Below are positions 38,130-50,072 of a stretch of 64,000 nucleotides of DNA, piece after piece. The DNA is from Octopus sinensis. Taxonomy: Eukaryota. Each line of letters opens with the position of its first letter. Position 1 is the first letter of the stretch. The position numbers and the translations under genes are program-made. The notes beneath the pieces were generated by a model that made no database searches, was not told the DNA's origin, and worked only from the letters and a program-made list of their open reading frames with translations. The stretch covers positions 134,912,001 to 134,976,000 of the forward strand of contig NC_042999.1 of assembly GCF_006345805.1 (NCBI RefSeq), written 5' to 3'.

Positions 38130-38830
38130 CTTTAGGTTTGGTGCCAACAAATTTCCTCAAATCTCAGTCTTTCTTAAAATTCTTGCAGAATTCAGGATTG
38201 AATTTTTTTAGCAGGCATGCACTTCCAGAAAAGTGCAGTCTCACCAATATTGTATACTTGCTTTGGTGCGTAGACCATTTCAGCAATCATTTTCTTCAAC
38301 TGCTCAGGATAAATGATAGAAGCCTCTGTATCAGTGTTCGCAGTTTCACCATTTATTTTTATGTTGGGCAAATTCATTCGCTTCTTAAACCTTTCAAGCC
38401 AGCCTTTACTATCCGAAAACGGATTTTCATTAGAAGTTTCGCCATTTTTCTGCAAATTGGTATATAAACATTTGGCTTTTTAAAACTTATCGGCACATTA
38501 AGCTGATTCTAATTCTCGATCCATTCACTCAAAAGTCGTTCTATCTTAAACATTACATTAGATCTATGGAAAATTAAGGCCCGAGCAGTTAACAGAGAAG
38601 CTTCTTCAGTATTTGACATATTTTTCTCTCTGTTGTCATGTAATGTTCCCACTCTAGACGTTGCAAGATTTAATGCTTTGGTAATACAGCTTAGTTTTTT
38701 TCCCGTACCACCAAGTCTTTTTAAAACATTAAGCTTAATATCCAGTGTAATCCTTTTACTGTTCCTTTTCGCACTACTGCGAAAGGAACAGCTACTTGAT
38801 AGCTTCTTTCCAGATATCTTAAATTTAAAA
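38130..38830 (-). mobile_element. Tigger/pogo (TIGD1-like) transposase remnant
   Basis: KRITLDIKLNVLKRL (HTH_psq-like), FKIERLLSEWIE, FSDSKGWLERFKKRMNL...KINGETA...QVYNIGETALFWKCMP (CENP-B HTH into DDE_1). Confidence 0.85.
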
Positions 38831-39547
38831 TAAATAAAGCAGCACAAATGTAGTTTAGAAAATGGTCTGGGAAAGATCTGTTTTGTGAGAGCGGAAAATG
38901 CTTTTATTTCTATAGATGTAATAATGAAAATTATATGAAAAGGTGAAGAACTGAGGAAGAGTAAGTACTGTATGATTACAGTTAGATGAAGGGTTATAAG
39001 ATTTTATTGGCAATTTGCTCCTTCCGCTTCTGACTTAGGACATAAACACACACACACACACCACACACACACACACACGCACACACACACCTACACACAA
39101 TCATACACACACACTCACACGCAAGTATACACACACACACTCATACACACACAGACATACACACTCATGCACGCACGTGTGTTATCGTAAATGCTGGCAT
39201 CTGTTGAAGCTAGTTGGATTCTAAAATTGAATAGCTAATAGTAGTGATGATGTGGGTTGTATTGGTTTGGATGTTAATTGGCCGGGCATTGTTGGTCGTG
39301 TGGTGGTCATATTGTTCTTGCTAATTGTCTTGTTGAGACAATTTAATCTCAAGTCAATCTTCATAGACCTATGGTCAAAGACATTTCATTTAACTTTCAA
39401 AATACACTAAAATACCACACTATATGTTTTTATTTGAAATGGATTTGCTTATCTTCTTCATTCTATATATTACTATTGCTGTTGGTGGTTGTGTCAATGT
39501 TGATGATTGAAACACACATGCACACACACATTCTTATACACACACAA

Positions 39548-39619
<72 letters not shown>

Positions 39620-39903
39620 ATGTATGGATGGATGGATGTGTGTGTATGTATGTATGTATGGATGGATGTATTTGTGTGTTTGTGTCTTTGTTTGTTCTCC
39701 CACCACCATAGCTTGACAACCGATGTTGGTGTGTTGTGTCCCCGTAACTTAGCGGTTCGGCAAAATAGACCGATAGAATAACTACTACGCTTACAAAGAA
39801 TAAGTCCTGAGGTCGATTTGTCCGACTAAAACCTGTTATGGTGGTGCTCCAGCATGACCTCAGTCAAATGACTGAAGCAAATAAAATAAAAAAGAATGTA
39901 TAC

Positions 39904-39972
<69 letters not shown>

Positions 39973-40161
39973 TTGAAAATTACGCAATCCGGGGTTTCAG
40001 TAAGAGCGAAATTAATGGTCAAAGTTAACAAAATCCGTACGCGCGAAATTCTGTAACCTGAAGTATCTGTAACGCAGTGGATGCCTGTAAGACAGAAATA
40101 AACGCTTTATATATTTCGTGTCGTCACTCTACGTGCTAAGTCCAAATAATGGCGAGCCGCT

Positions 40162-40206
<45 letters not shown>

Positions 40207-40214
40207 TAATAATG

Positions 40215-40284
<70 letters not shown>

Positions 40285-40415
40285 TAATAATAATAATAAT
40301 AATATTAATAATCAAGAAACAGCATGTCAAATTCTTGGAGAATGCCGCATTTTTTTCTACCTACGCCCTATGAAAGTAGGAAGCATTTTCAAGCATAAAT
40401 ATTCCAACAGAGTCG

Positions 40416-40670
40416 CACGTGTTTGGCCATCTGATCACATAATACAATCGCTGTCTTGCACGTTGTTCATTATGTTGAAAAGTTTACAATATAAATTTGT
40501 GTAACACAAGAGCGGAAACAAATGACAAACGTAAAACAGCTAGCGTGAGAAAATAGAAACAGAAGTCGAATCTCAAGAGTTAAATGGTGAACTATGTCAT
40601 ATTTCTTTTGGTTGATAAAAATCAAACTATTGTTTACTTCTTTTTTAGTGTGCGTACGTGATTCTCAAAT
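40416..40670 (+). repeat. Recurrent motif module, copy C
   Basis: CACGTGTTTGGCCATCTGATCAC 40416, GCGTGAGAAAA 40543, CTATGTCATATTTCTTTTGGTTGAT, AAACTATTGTTT, GTACGTGATTC 40654. Confidence 0.6.
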
Positions 40671-40752
40671 CTACTATGGATTTTTGGTTGTTTGTTTTTT
40701 GGGGTCGTTAATTAACGCTAGTTAATTAGTAGATTTTTAAAACTACTTTACT

Positions 40753-41206
40753 GGGATCTTTTCGGTTTGAACGGCAGTTTTTCTAGCAGTGTCATATGAA
40801 ATTGTCACCCATAATTATGACCCTAGTATCGATCTATTGCATTTCTATCTGTTTTAGGGTTAGGCTTAGTTAGGGTTTGATAGGGTTAGGGTTAGGGTTA
40901 GGGTTAGGGGTGGGGGAAGGGTATCCTTTTTTCTTCACAAATGTAAATAAACCCAATCTGTTTCTTAAACGAGGGACATATTCATACAGCACAGAATGTT
41001 TTTACCTCAATAGACGTAATTGATTGGTTGAAATTGCAGAATTTGAATAAAAAAAACAACAAATATCTTACAAAGTATAGAATTTTCTCAATAAAGCCAA
41101 GAGAAAAAGATGTTTTTTAAACACATTCTACCAGTATACGAAGTTTAAAATTTTTTAGTTACCTAGAAATTATGTTAAAAACTGCCGTTCAAACCGAAAA
41201 GATCCC
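40753..41206. mobile_element. MITE with ~30-bp TIRs, 6-bp TSD and internal (TTAGGG)n
   Basis: GGGATCTTTTCGGTTTGAACGGCAGTTTT and AAAACTGCCGTTCAAACCGAAAAGATCCC; TTTACT flanks both ends (40747-40752, 41207-41212); TTAGGG units at ~40881-40909. Confidence 0.85.
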
Positions 41207-41579
41207 TTTACTGTACTTTAACGGTTATTTGTTGAGAGGCAAAATTTTAATTCGCTAACGCTGACTCGTTGCATTTTTTTCCCGCATGTTAGGAATCTTT
41301 CGAGAGCAATGCTTTTTCCTGGAGTCCAAAGTCATGGGCATAACGGGTAGTTACCCAGGAGTCCTTGGGTTTAGGAGCCCAATGCTGTGGTCTGTAATTT
41401 GCTGCCAATAAATAAATCTACCCTTCCCCCTCCTGTCCATTGCTTTCACCAAGGCCCATAAGGCTGTTAAACCGGACCTGTTTTTTTCCAACGTTTAAGC
41501 TTATATAATTTGTCATTGTGTTCTCTTGGCCACACATCACAGTTTCTAGTGGGAGCTTTTTTTCTTTTATCGTTTATCT

Positions 41580-41942
41580 TTTACTTGTTTCAGTCATTAG
41601 ACTGCGGCCATGCTCAGGAACCGCCCTGAAGCCTTTTACTTGAGCGAATCAACACAAGTATTTTCTTTCGTTTTTTAACACTAGTACTTATTCTATCGAT
41701 CTCTTTTATCACGAGGACGTAAGCTGACCAACACCGGTTGTCAGGTGGTGGTTGAGTACAAACACAGACACAAAGACTCACACACACGATTGGCTTTCAG
41801 TTTCTGTCTACCAAATCCACTCACAAGGCCTTAGTCGACTCAAGTCTATAGTAGAAGACACTTGCCCAATGTGTCACGCAGTAAGACTGAGCCCAGAACG
41901 ATGTGGTTGAGAAGCAAGCTTCTTACCACACAGCCACGCCTG
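41580..41942 (-). mobile_element. tRNA-derived SINE family B
   Basis: Reverse complement of the 49661-50072 family. Confidence 0.8.
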
Positions 41943-41956
41943 CATCTTGTTACCTT

Positions 41957-41991
<35 letters not shown>

Positions 41992-42261
41992 TTTCATTAT
42001 TCACTTTGATTCTGATTCCAGCTTATTTTTAACTCCTTATATATTATATATCCTCCTCCAACCTACAGTCAGTGGAGTTAAAAAGCAAATAAGCTACTTT
42101 GATACTAGCCTCATATGAATTATGAAGATAGTGATGTTTGTTTAATAGAAAACGTTAACAAAGTAGATATTCACAACTTGCAATAAGCAACGTTCGCCAT
42201 TATCTGTTAAGGGTTAGATACCAAATGTATAATATGTTTATATGTTTACACATATATACAC

Positions 42262-42615
42262 AATGGTTCCGGGTTCTCTCCTACTGCATGGCACCTTGAG
42301 CAAGTGTCTTCTACTATAGCCTCGGGTCGATCAAAGTGGATTTGGTAGACGGAAACTGAAAGAAGCCCGTCGTATATGTCTATATAAGTGTGTATGTATG
42401 TATGTATGTATGTATGTGTTTATGTTGTATGTGTCTTTGTGTATGCTTTTGTCCTCCCTCCCATCGCTTGACAATTGATGCTGGTGTGTTTACGTCCCCG
42501 TCACTTAGCGGTTCGGCAAAAGGCACCGATAGAATAAGTACTGGGCTTACAACGAATAAGTCCTGGGATCGGTTTCTTCGACTAAAAAACCCCTTTAAGG
42601 CAGTGCACTATGGCA
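42262..42615 (+). mobile_element. tRNA-derived SINE family B (5'-clipped)
   Basis: GGTTCCGGGTTC...GGCACCTTGAGCAAGTGTCTTCTACTATAGCC...GTCCCCGTCACTTAGCGGTTCGGC. Confidence 0.8.
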
Positions 42616-42644
42616 ATATATATGTGTGTGTGTGTATGTATATG

Positions 42645-42773
<129 letters not shown>

Positions 42774-42799
42774 CATACGTGCATACATACATACATACA

Positions 42800-42831
<32 letters not shown>

Positions 42832-42884
42832 CATACATACATATATATACATACATACACACACACACACATACACACACATAG

Positions 42885-43295
42885 TTGTATTTCGGGATGG
42901 TCATTTTTTTTTTTTTTGCTAAACACACTCACTATATATTCGTTCTTTACTTGTTTATTACTGTTCTTATTCTAGCTCATGTCCATTGTCTGGAAGTCTT
43001 TCGTTACACGTCTGTCACCCGCTCAGTGACACTTTCCGTCTTCGTGTGTGCTCTTGCTCTGCTTATGCCATTCTCAGAGAATGGAATAAGCAGAGCAAGA
43101 GCACACACGAGAATGGAATAAGCAGAGCAAGAGCACACACAAAGATGGAATGCATGCTGAGGAGGTCACAGATGTGTGACGAAAGACTTCCGGACAATGG
43201 ACATGAGTTAGAATAAGAACAGTAATAAACGAGTGAAGAACGAATATATAACGCATGTGTTTATTTGGAAAAAAAATGACCATTCCGAAATACAG
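42885..43295. repeat. ~410-bp foldback (long inverted repeat) element
   Basis: Arms TGTATTTCGGGATGGTCATTTT... and ...AAAATGACCATTCCGAAATACA pair towards centre CCATTCTC-A-GAGAATGG (~43068-43084); a 33-bp tandem duplication sits in the right arm. Confidence 0.9.
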
Positions 43296-43533
43296 TTCTG
43301 CGCTAGGTGGGAATGCTGAGGTCCCTGTTCGAAAATATAAGGACACAGATAGAGTGTCGTATAGCCAGCTAGAAACGATTTTTCTTGGGTTTAAATCAAC
43401 AGTAACATCGTCCCTTTCAGGTCAGCCACATTATGTTGGCAAATAGCCTTTACTTTAAAGAACTGTTACTCAATGTCTTTCTTTGAGATATTTAGAAATA
43501 ATAATAATGATGATGATGATGATGATGATGATT

Positions 43534-43583
<50 letters not shown>

Positions 43584-43634
43584 ATATAAGCAATAGTGAG
43601 TCTCTGGGCAAGGTATATTCAGTACCCACACGAC

Positions 43635-43926
43635 ATCGTGAAGTATATTTGCCACCTAAATGTGTCTCATCCTTAAGGGTTGATGCAACTCTTGCTTGTA
43701 GCCCTAGGTAGACATCTCCTCCAGCTGGCTATTGACATACTATCTGTGCCCAATCAGTATTTGCAAAGAGAAACAATCGTTCCCATGACTTCTCTTTGCG
43801 AATACTGATAGGGCACAGATAGTGTATCAATAGCCAGCTGGAGGAGATGTCTTCCTAGAGCTACAAGCAACAGTAGCATCAACCCTTCATATTAGCTACA
43901 TTTAGGTGGCAAATATACTTCACGAT
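43635..43926. repeat. ~290-bp near-perfect palindrome (hairpin MITE)
   Basis: ATCGTGAAGTATATTTGCCACCTAAATGT...GCAAAGAGAA, 17-nt loop (43773-43789), then TTCTCTTTGC...ACATTTAGGTGGCAAATATACTTCACGAT. Confidence 0.92.
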
Positions 43927-44429
43927 ATATATATATATATATATATATATGTCATTGTTCAATTTTATTTCAAGATCTCTTATCAACCGAGAAAAAGCTG
44001 GTTTCGAACCTAGATTCAAGGCTCCTTCATTGGAATTTCAACATCAACAACAGGATATTTTTGTTTGTATGTATGTATAAGTGCAGATTTGTATGTTTTA
44101 TTCTATGTATGTATTCTCATGCATATAGTTGCATATCTAGACATGCTCATGTATATTTAAATGATAAACTTATGGTGAGTTTTACAGATTCTTACAGTTC
44201 CCGTGATGGATTGGATTTGTAGTCTTTACTGAAGAAGCTGAGCCTATTATGCCAGTCCAGAAACCGGTCCACGTGAGTCCAAATACTTAAATGTATGCTG
44301 AGAGATTGTCTTAGCTCGTCTACCTTCGGCCGGTTGATTTCTGTAGTTATTATCAGCGTATTTTGGCAATTTAAATAAGAGTTTTGACTGTTATTTCCAG
44401 CAGGTAGACATTCCTAGTATGTCCTTTGA

Positions 44430-44511
<82 letters not shown>

Positions 44512-44513
44512 TA

Positions 44514-44554
<41 letters not shown>

Positions 44555-44668
44555 GTATGTATGTATGTATGTATGTATCTATGTATGAAAATGTATGTAC
44601 TACGTGTTGATATAATGTTAATAAGAGTATAACTTCAATATGCAATACAAAATTGAAAAATAATAAAT

Positions 44669-44966
44669 CAGACAAAAATCTCATATGATGTGAGAAAAAA
44701 AATCAGATGTCATACATCAAGTTGCTAAGTAAAATATTTCGCATTTCTTTTGGTTATTTTCTTTAAAATGTTTTTTTAATGTTTAAGAAAAGGAACCTTT
44801 GTTTCGATTTTCTTTTTAAACACGGTCACGTGTTTCGTAAGTGGTTTGACATAGAAATAAATATGGGAAAACATCAAAGAAAGACCATTGTCTGGATTTC
44901 TATAAGATCTCCCAAGTGTGCTTGTCTTCCTGAGTCCCCACTCCTCTCCCTGAAAAAGGAATAACA
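44669..44966 (+). repeat. Recurrent motif module, copy D
   Basis: CAGAC, GTGAGAAAAAAA 44690, TCAAGTTG, ATATTTCGCATTTCTTTTGGTT, GAACCTTTGTTT, GTCACGTGTTTC 44825. Confidence 0.6.
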
Positions 44967-45779
44967 ATCAAATATGATTTCGTTCAAATGTCTTCTGGTT
45001 TACGAAGTTTGTAAACTTTAGAACCGTCCGAGCATCGAGAATAAGAAAAGCATTGTTGGCATTAGCTCAGAGACCTGCACGCCCGCCATATTAAATTTTA
45101 AAATGGCTACCGAAAACACATAATTTAAACTATCTTGGTTTCTCCTCAATCTATAAAATTAAATAAACTAATGCTGTTTTTATGAATCAAGGAATCCAAA
45201 TAAAGGCTTCAAAATAATGCTCAGAATTTTAGAAAAGTAACGACGGTAATTGAAAACTATTGTCTATATATTCTTTTATATAACTATTTCTTGCTGAGTC
45301 TGCCTGATGGTTATGTTGTAGTTGTTCCTTAGAAATCGTCACTACAGTATCATTCAAGGAATATATCATTCCAATGATCCAGCAACAGGAGCAGTCACCA
45401 ACAAAACTGATGACAGATCCATTTATGTGTATGCAAACACGAGTTAAATCTGTGACGTTTTTTGATATTTGTTCAGTTTCAGAATATATTCCATTTACTT
45501 CTAATTCTTATCGTTTCTTTAGAGAGATAGATGTAAAACTAAATATTTGGATGTTAGCTTGTCTTAATACACAATATACTGGTCAACTTTTCTTTTTCTC
45601 ACTTTATTCATGCTATAACTTCCGTCTGCTTCTCACAGTTTCTCCAGCATCGTCTTTTGTGTAGCAAGGATTCCGATTTTATCTCAAAATCGAAAAAAAT
45701 GTACCAATTCTTCCTCATACAATGTTGCTCTGAATCAACAATCAACGACACGGTCTTCTGAGTCCATGTCTCTGACAAA

Positions 45780-46340
45780 GCTCCAGCAATTTTTCTTCAA
45801 TGCAGCCCCACGAAGTTCAAATAGCCCTTTTCTAACACCTGTCCTCCGTCAGCTTGGCCTCTAACATATACTGCCGTCCTCTCCTTCAAAGTAGGACAAA
45901 ACTTTTCATCAACTTACGTCTCGATATCTTCAAATAATACACTAAATTACTTTAAATACTACATTGTCCCTTCATCTACAACAGTATACTCATATCCGGC
46001 CCCCAAGCCTAATTCCATGTCACTGACGGTAATTCCTTGCATTAAGCATATATTCTATATGTGAATGAATCTATAGATCTCTGTACAGCAACGTAACCAG
46101 CCATCGTTTAGGTGTTCGCTTTAATAAGCACTTCCTCGCGCTTCATGATAACACTCAATGAACCGTAGCTAGATATTTCAATTCATCATACCACTCTGTG
46201 GACCTCTTGATTTGTAAAGCTATCTTATACCATGGCTCTCTGTACAGCTACAAGCTTTAAGAAAAGCACTTCATCTTTACACCAGGTACTTACTCGCCCA
46301 CCTTGTATTCTCCGAACCGACTTCCTCGTCTTTAGCATGT
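45780..46340 (+). mobile_element. Degenerate Penelope-like C-terminus (GIY-YIG region)
   Basis: Broken SIYSIC...LYSNVTSHRLGVRFNKH...TVARYFNSSYHS...EKHFIFT resembles N.IYCI.C..C..LYIGET.RRLGDRF.EH...VA.HFN...H. Confidence 0.45.
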
Positions 46341-46708
46341 TCACAGTTTGACAATACCTATATGTATTTCTCACTCATTCTCCTTTTAACTCTCTCCTTC
46401 TGGTCTGCCTGCTTCTCTCTCTCTCTCTCTTTCTCTCCCACTCTCTCTCTCTCTCTCTTTCTCTCTCCCTATCTCTCTCCCTCTCTCTCTCTTTCTCTCT
46501 CTCATTAAATTTCAAAATTTTCATCTTTCTTTACTGATTCTCATACCGATAATCTTATTGAACTTTACACACTACCCTATCATATCCTCAAATTCATTAG
46601 TTCTGTTATGGATCATCTTCTTACTTCGTACGCTGATACGTAACCTCAAGCAATCTTACTCTCCTTTATTTTCTTCCTCTTTCCAAATTTTCACTATTTT
46701 CCTTCCAT

Positions 46709-47060
46709 AGGCGCAAACGTTACTTTGTGGTAAGACGCTTGCTTTTCAACCACATCGTTCCAGGTTCAGTCTCACTACGTGACACCTTAGGCAAGTGTCT
46801 TCTACTATAGCCACGAGACAACCAAATCCTTGTGGATGGATTTAGTGGACGAAAACTAAAAGCCCGTCGTGTGTGTGTGTGTGTATATATGTACCCGTAA
46901 CCTAGCGGTTCGGCAAACAAGAGTGTCAGTTTTTCCTAAATACCAGGCTTTAAAAGAAGAAAAACAAGTACTGGAGTTGATTCACTCGACTGGAAATTTT
47001 TCAAGGCGGAGCCCCCAGCATGGCCGCAGTCTAATGACTGAATCAAGTAAAAGATAAAAG
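46709..47060 (+). mobile_element. tRNA-derived SINE family B
   Basis: GTGGTAAGACGCTTGCTT...GGCAAGTGTCTTCTACTATAGCC...CAGCATGGCCGCAGTCTAATGACTGAATCAAGTAAAAG. Confidence 0.8.
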
Positions 47061-47705
47061 CTAATTCTCTCTCTCTCTCTCTTTCTCTCTTTCTCTCTCT
47101 CTCTCTCTCTTTCTCTCTTTCTCTCTCTCTCTCACTCTCTAACAAATATAGTTATTCGATACCGTTATATAATTGTGAGTGTGTGTGTGTGTGTATTCAT
47201 TATTAGCGGCAGAAGCAATATTAGTTCAAAATATCTTACTTAAGATATACATTCTGTATATCTTACCCAGGCCCGTCGCCAGACTTCGGTGCCTGGGTAC
47301 TAATTAGTAATATTGCTAAAGTGGAGTTCCGGAATAAGTTTATCACTGTAAATCTGAGGGTGCACCACTGAATAGTGGTGGGGGAGGGACCCCTTAATGA
47401 TGGGACATGGATATTCCGTAGAAATCTTGGAAATTACGGCATTCGTTTCGAGAAAGCATCACATAAAGACGAATCGTACAAAAAAACGCAAAAGTATGAT
47501 ATATCAATAGCGGACGGAAGGCGTCGGAAAACTGCGGTAGAATTACTAAACTTAGCAAAGCAGAAATCTAAATTTATCTAATTCCATCGCGACTATTGGA
47601 CGCTTCTCGTCTACTTCTAATATACTTCTGCGCTTCTTAGCCCTGTACGTCGATGCAAGATGCTTTTCTCGAGACGAATACCGCAGTTTTCTGTCCTTCT
47701 ATAGT

Positions 47706-47787
<82 letters not shown>

Positions 47788-47807
47788 GGATAGACAGACA
47801 GATAGAC

Positions 47808-47876
<69 letters not shown>

Positions 47877-47914
47877 GGCGGACGGACGGACGGACGGACG
47901 GATTGATGTCCCAT

Positions 47915-48700
47915 CATTAAGTGGAAGGACCGCATCAGTGATCTTGAAATATTGGAAGGCTCTCGGTGTGAAAGTATAGAAGCTCTTGTGTTAAAACAAA
48001 GGCTCAGATGGAGTGGTCATCTGGTCAGGATGAAGGATTCAAGGATGCCAAAACAACTCTTTTATGGAGAGTGTACTAAAGGAGAACGACCTCCACATAA
48101 ACCAAAAAAGAGGTATAAGGACTTGCTGAAGGCTTCCTTAAGAGATGCTTGCATCTCTCCTGACACATGGGAATGCATAGCTATTGATCGTAGCGGGTGG
48201 AGAAGGATTGTGCACGAGGGGACAGCCACTTTTGAGAAATCTCGATTTGCACATGAGAAAGTAAGGAGGGATGTCAGGAAGGGCATCGCTGTTACACTTC
48301 CAGAAGGGAAGGATCTTCCTTTGATTCTGACATGCAATGTCTGTGCAAGACCCTGCCTCAGTAAAGCTGGACTCATGAGTCATCTTCGTAGTCATAAAAC
48401 GAGACAGATGAGTGACAACCTGGCCACTGGTGGTGGTGTAACATACCATACTAATCATATCTGTCGGGCATGTGGAAGAGAGTGTAATTCGGCAGGAGGA
48501 CTTAAACGACATGCAAAGGTACATGAAGCCCAGTTACAACTACAGCCGACTATTACCGGTAAAGGTTTTAGTTACCAATTCTGTACAAGACATTGTAGAT
48601 CTTTAACTGGGCTAAAAAGTCACATTCGATCACAGCACCAGTAACAGTTAAGCTTCGTGCAATGGCCATACTCGATAACGAGGGGGAAGCCATAATGTAT
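47915..48700 (+). mobile_element. RTE-clade (BovB-like) LINE 3' end with uninterrupted ORF C-terminus bearing three C2H2-type fingers
   Basis: IKWKDRISDLEILE..SIEALVLKQRLRWSGHLVRMKDSRMPKQLFYGE...WECIAIDRSGWR; fingers CNVC...HLRSH, CRAC...HAKVH and YQFC...HIRSQH; stop at 48644; (ATGT)n tail. Confidence 0.9.
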
Positions 48701-48749
48701 GTATGTATGTTTCGAAGCATGTATGCATGTATGTATGTATGTTTCGAAG

Positions 48750-49140
48750 CATGGTTGTGTCAGTAAAAAGCTTACTTCTTAACCATATGGTCTTGGGTTC
48801 AGTCCTACTGTGCATCTCCTTGGACAAGTGTCTTCTACTATTGCCACAGAGTGACCAAAGCCTTATGAGTGGATTTGGTTGACGGAAACTAAAAAAGCTC
48901 GTCATGTGTGTGTGTGTGTGTGTGTGTGTGTCTTTGTGTTTATGCTGTCTTTGTCCCCTATTACCTCCTGACAACCGTCGTTTCTTTGTTTACGCCCCCT
49001 ATGACTTAGCGGTTCAGCATAAGACACTGATAGAATAAGTACCAAACTTTAAAAGGTAAGTACTGCGGTCGATCTGTTCGACTAACCCCTTCAAGATGGT
49101 GCTCGAGCATGACCGCAGTCCAATAACTAAAACAAATAAA
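48750..49140 (+). mobile_element. tRNA-derived SINE family B (diverged)
   Basis: Same head, core, (TG)n and tail order as 49661-50072. Confidence 0.75.
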
Positions 49141-49265
49141 AAAAAAAAAGATTGTTTTTTTTGCTAATAATATTATATGCGTGTGAGTGGGTTGAGACGG
49201 AGTAGTATTCTGGAATTTGGGTCATTATACCTTTGTATTCAACACTTAAGAATTAGAAAATACAT

Positions 49266-49368
49266 CAGACGAAAATCAAAAGCAGCGTGAGAAAAAAAAA
49301 AGAAAAGACAAAAATCAAGTTGACTCGTCAAATATTTTATATTCGTCTTGGTTATTTGCTGAGAACGT

Positions 49369-49399
<31 letters not shown>

Positions 49400-49596
49400 C
49401 TTGAATGCGATCACGTGTTTTTACATACTTCAACGGAAAAGGCAGTTTGCATTTGGTAACGAAATAAATAACGAATAAATAAATAAATTATAAACGAAGA
49501 AGAAATTGAAAGTCAGAGCCTGGTTTCCAGTACGACCCAGCAACTGCACCTATCTTTCCCGATCCTCCTCTCCTCTCACTGAAAAAAAGAATAATA
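49266..49596 (+). repeat. Recurrent motif module, copy E
   Basis: CAGAC, GCGTGAGAAAAAA 49285, TCAAGTTGAC, ATATTTTATATTCGTCTTGGTT, GAACGTTTTGTTT, ATCACGTGTTTT 49410, then TTTGCATTTGGTAA and an AATAAATAAATT tract. Confidence 0.6.
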
Positions 49597-49660
49597 GTTA
49601 GGTTCTCTGTGTTAACAAAAATAATTTCGCGCAAATCTTTTAGAAATAAGCAAACGTATA

Positions 49661-50072
49661 GGCGTAGGAGTGGCTGTGTGGTAAGTAGCTTGCTTACCAA
49701 CCACATGGTTCCGGGTTCAGTCCCACTGCGTGGCACCTTGGGCAAGTGTCTTCTACTATAGCCTCGGGCCGACCAAAGCCTTGTGAGTGGATTTGGTAGA
49801 CGGAAACTGAAAGAAGCCTGTCGTATATATGTATATATATATATGTGTGTGTGTGTTTGTGTGTCTGTGTTTGTCCCCCCAACATCGCTTGACAACCGAT
49901 GCTGGTATGTTTACGTCCCCGTAACTTAACAGTTCGGCAAAAGAGACCGATAGAAAAAGTACTAGGCTTACAAAGAATAAGTCCTGGGGTCTGTTTGCTC
50001 GACTAAAGGCGGTGCTCCAGCATGGCCACAGTCAAATGACTGAAACAAGTAAAAGAGTAAAAGAGAGAGTAA
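49661..50072 (+). mobile_element. Full-length tRNA-derived SINE family B (best copy)
   Basis: A-box GTGGCTGTGTGG, B-box GGTTCAGTCCC, CORE-like GGCACCTTGGGCAAGTG, internal (TA)/(TG)n, LINE-like tail GGCGGTGCTCCAGCATGGCCACAGTCAAATGACTGAAAC, AAAGAG terminal repeats. Partial copies at ~11083-11250, 27970-28190, 39600-39895, 55815-55925, 61789-61950 and 63195-63420. Confidence 0.9.

Noticed and set aside
40881-40909. (TTAGGG)n as a chromosome-fusion or healed-break scar
   Set aside because: Only a few units, single orientation, and fully contained within a TIR/TSD-bounded MITE.
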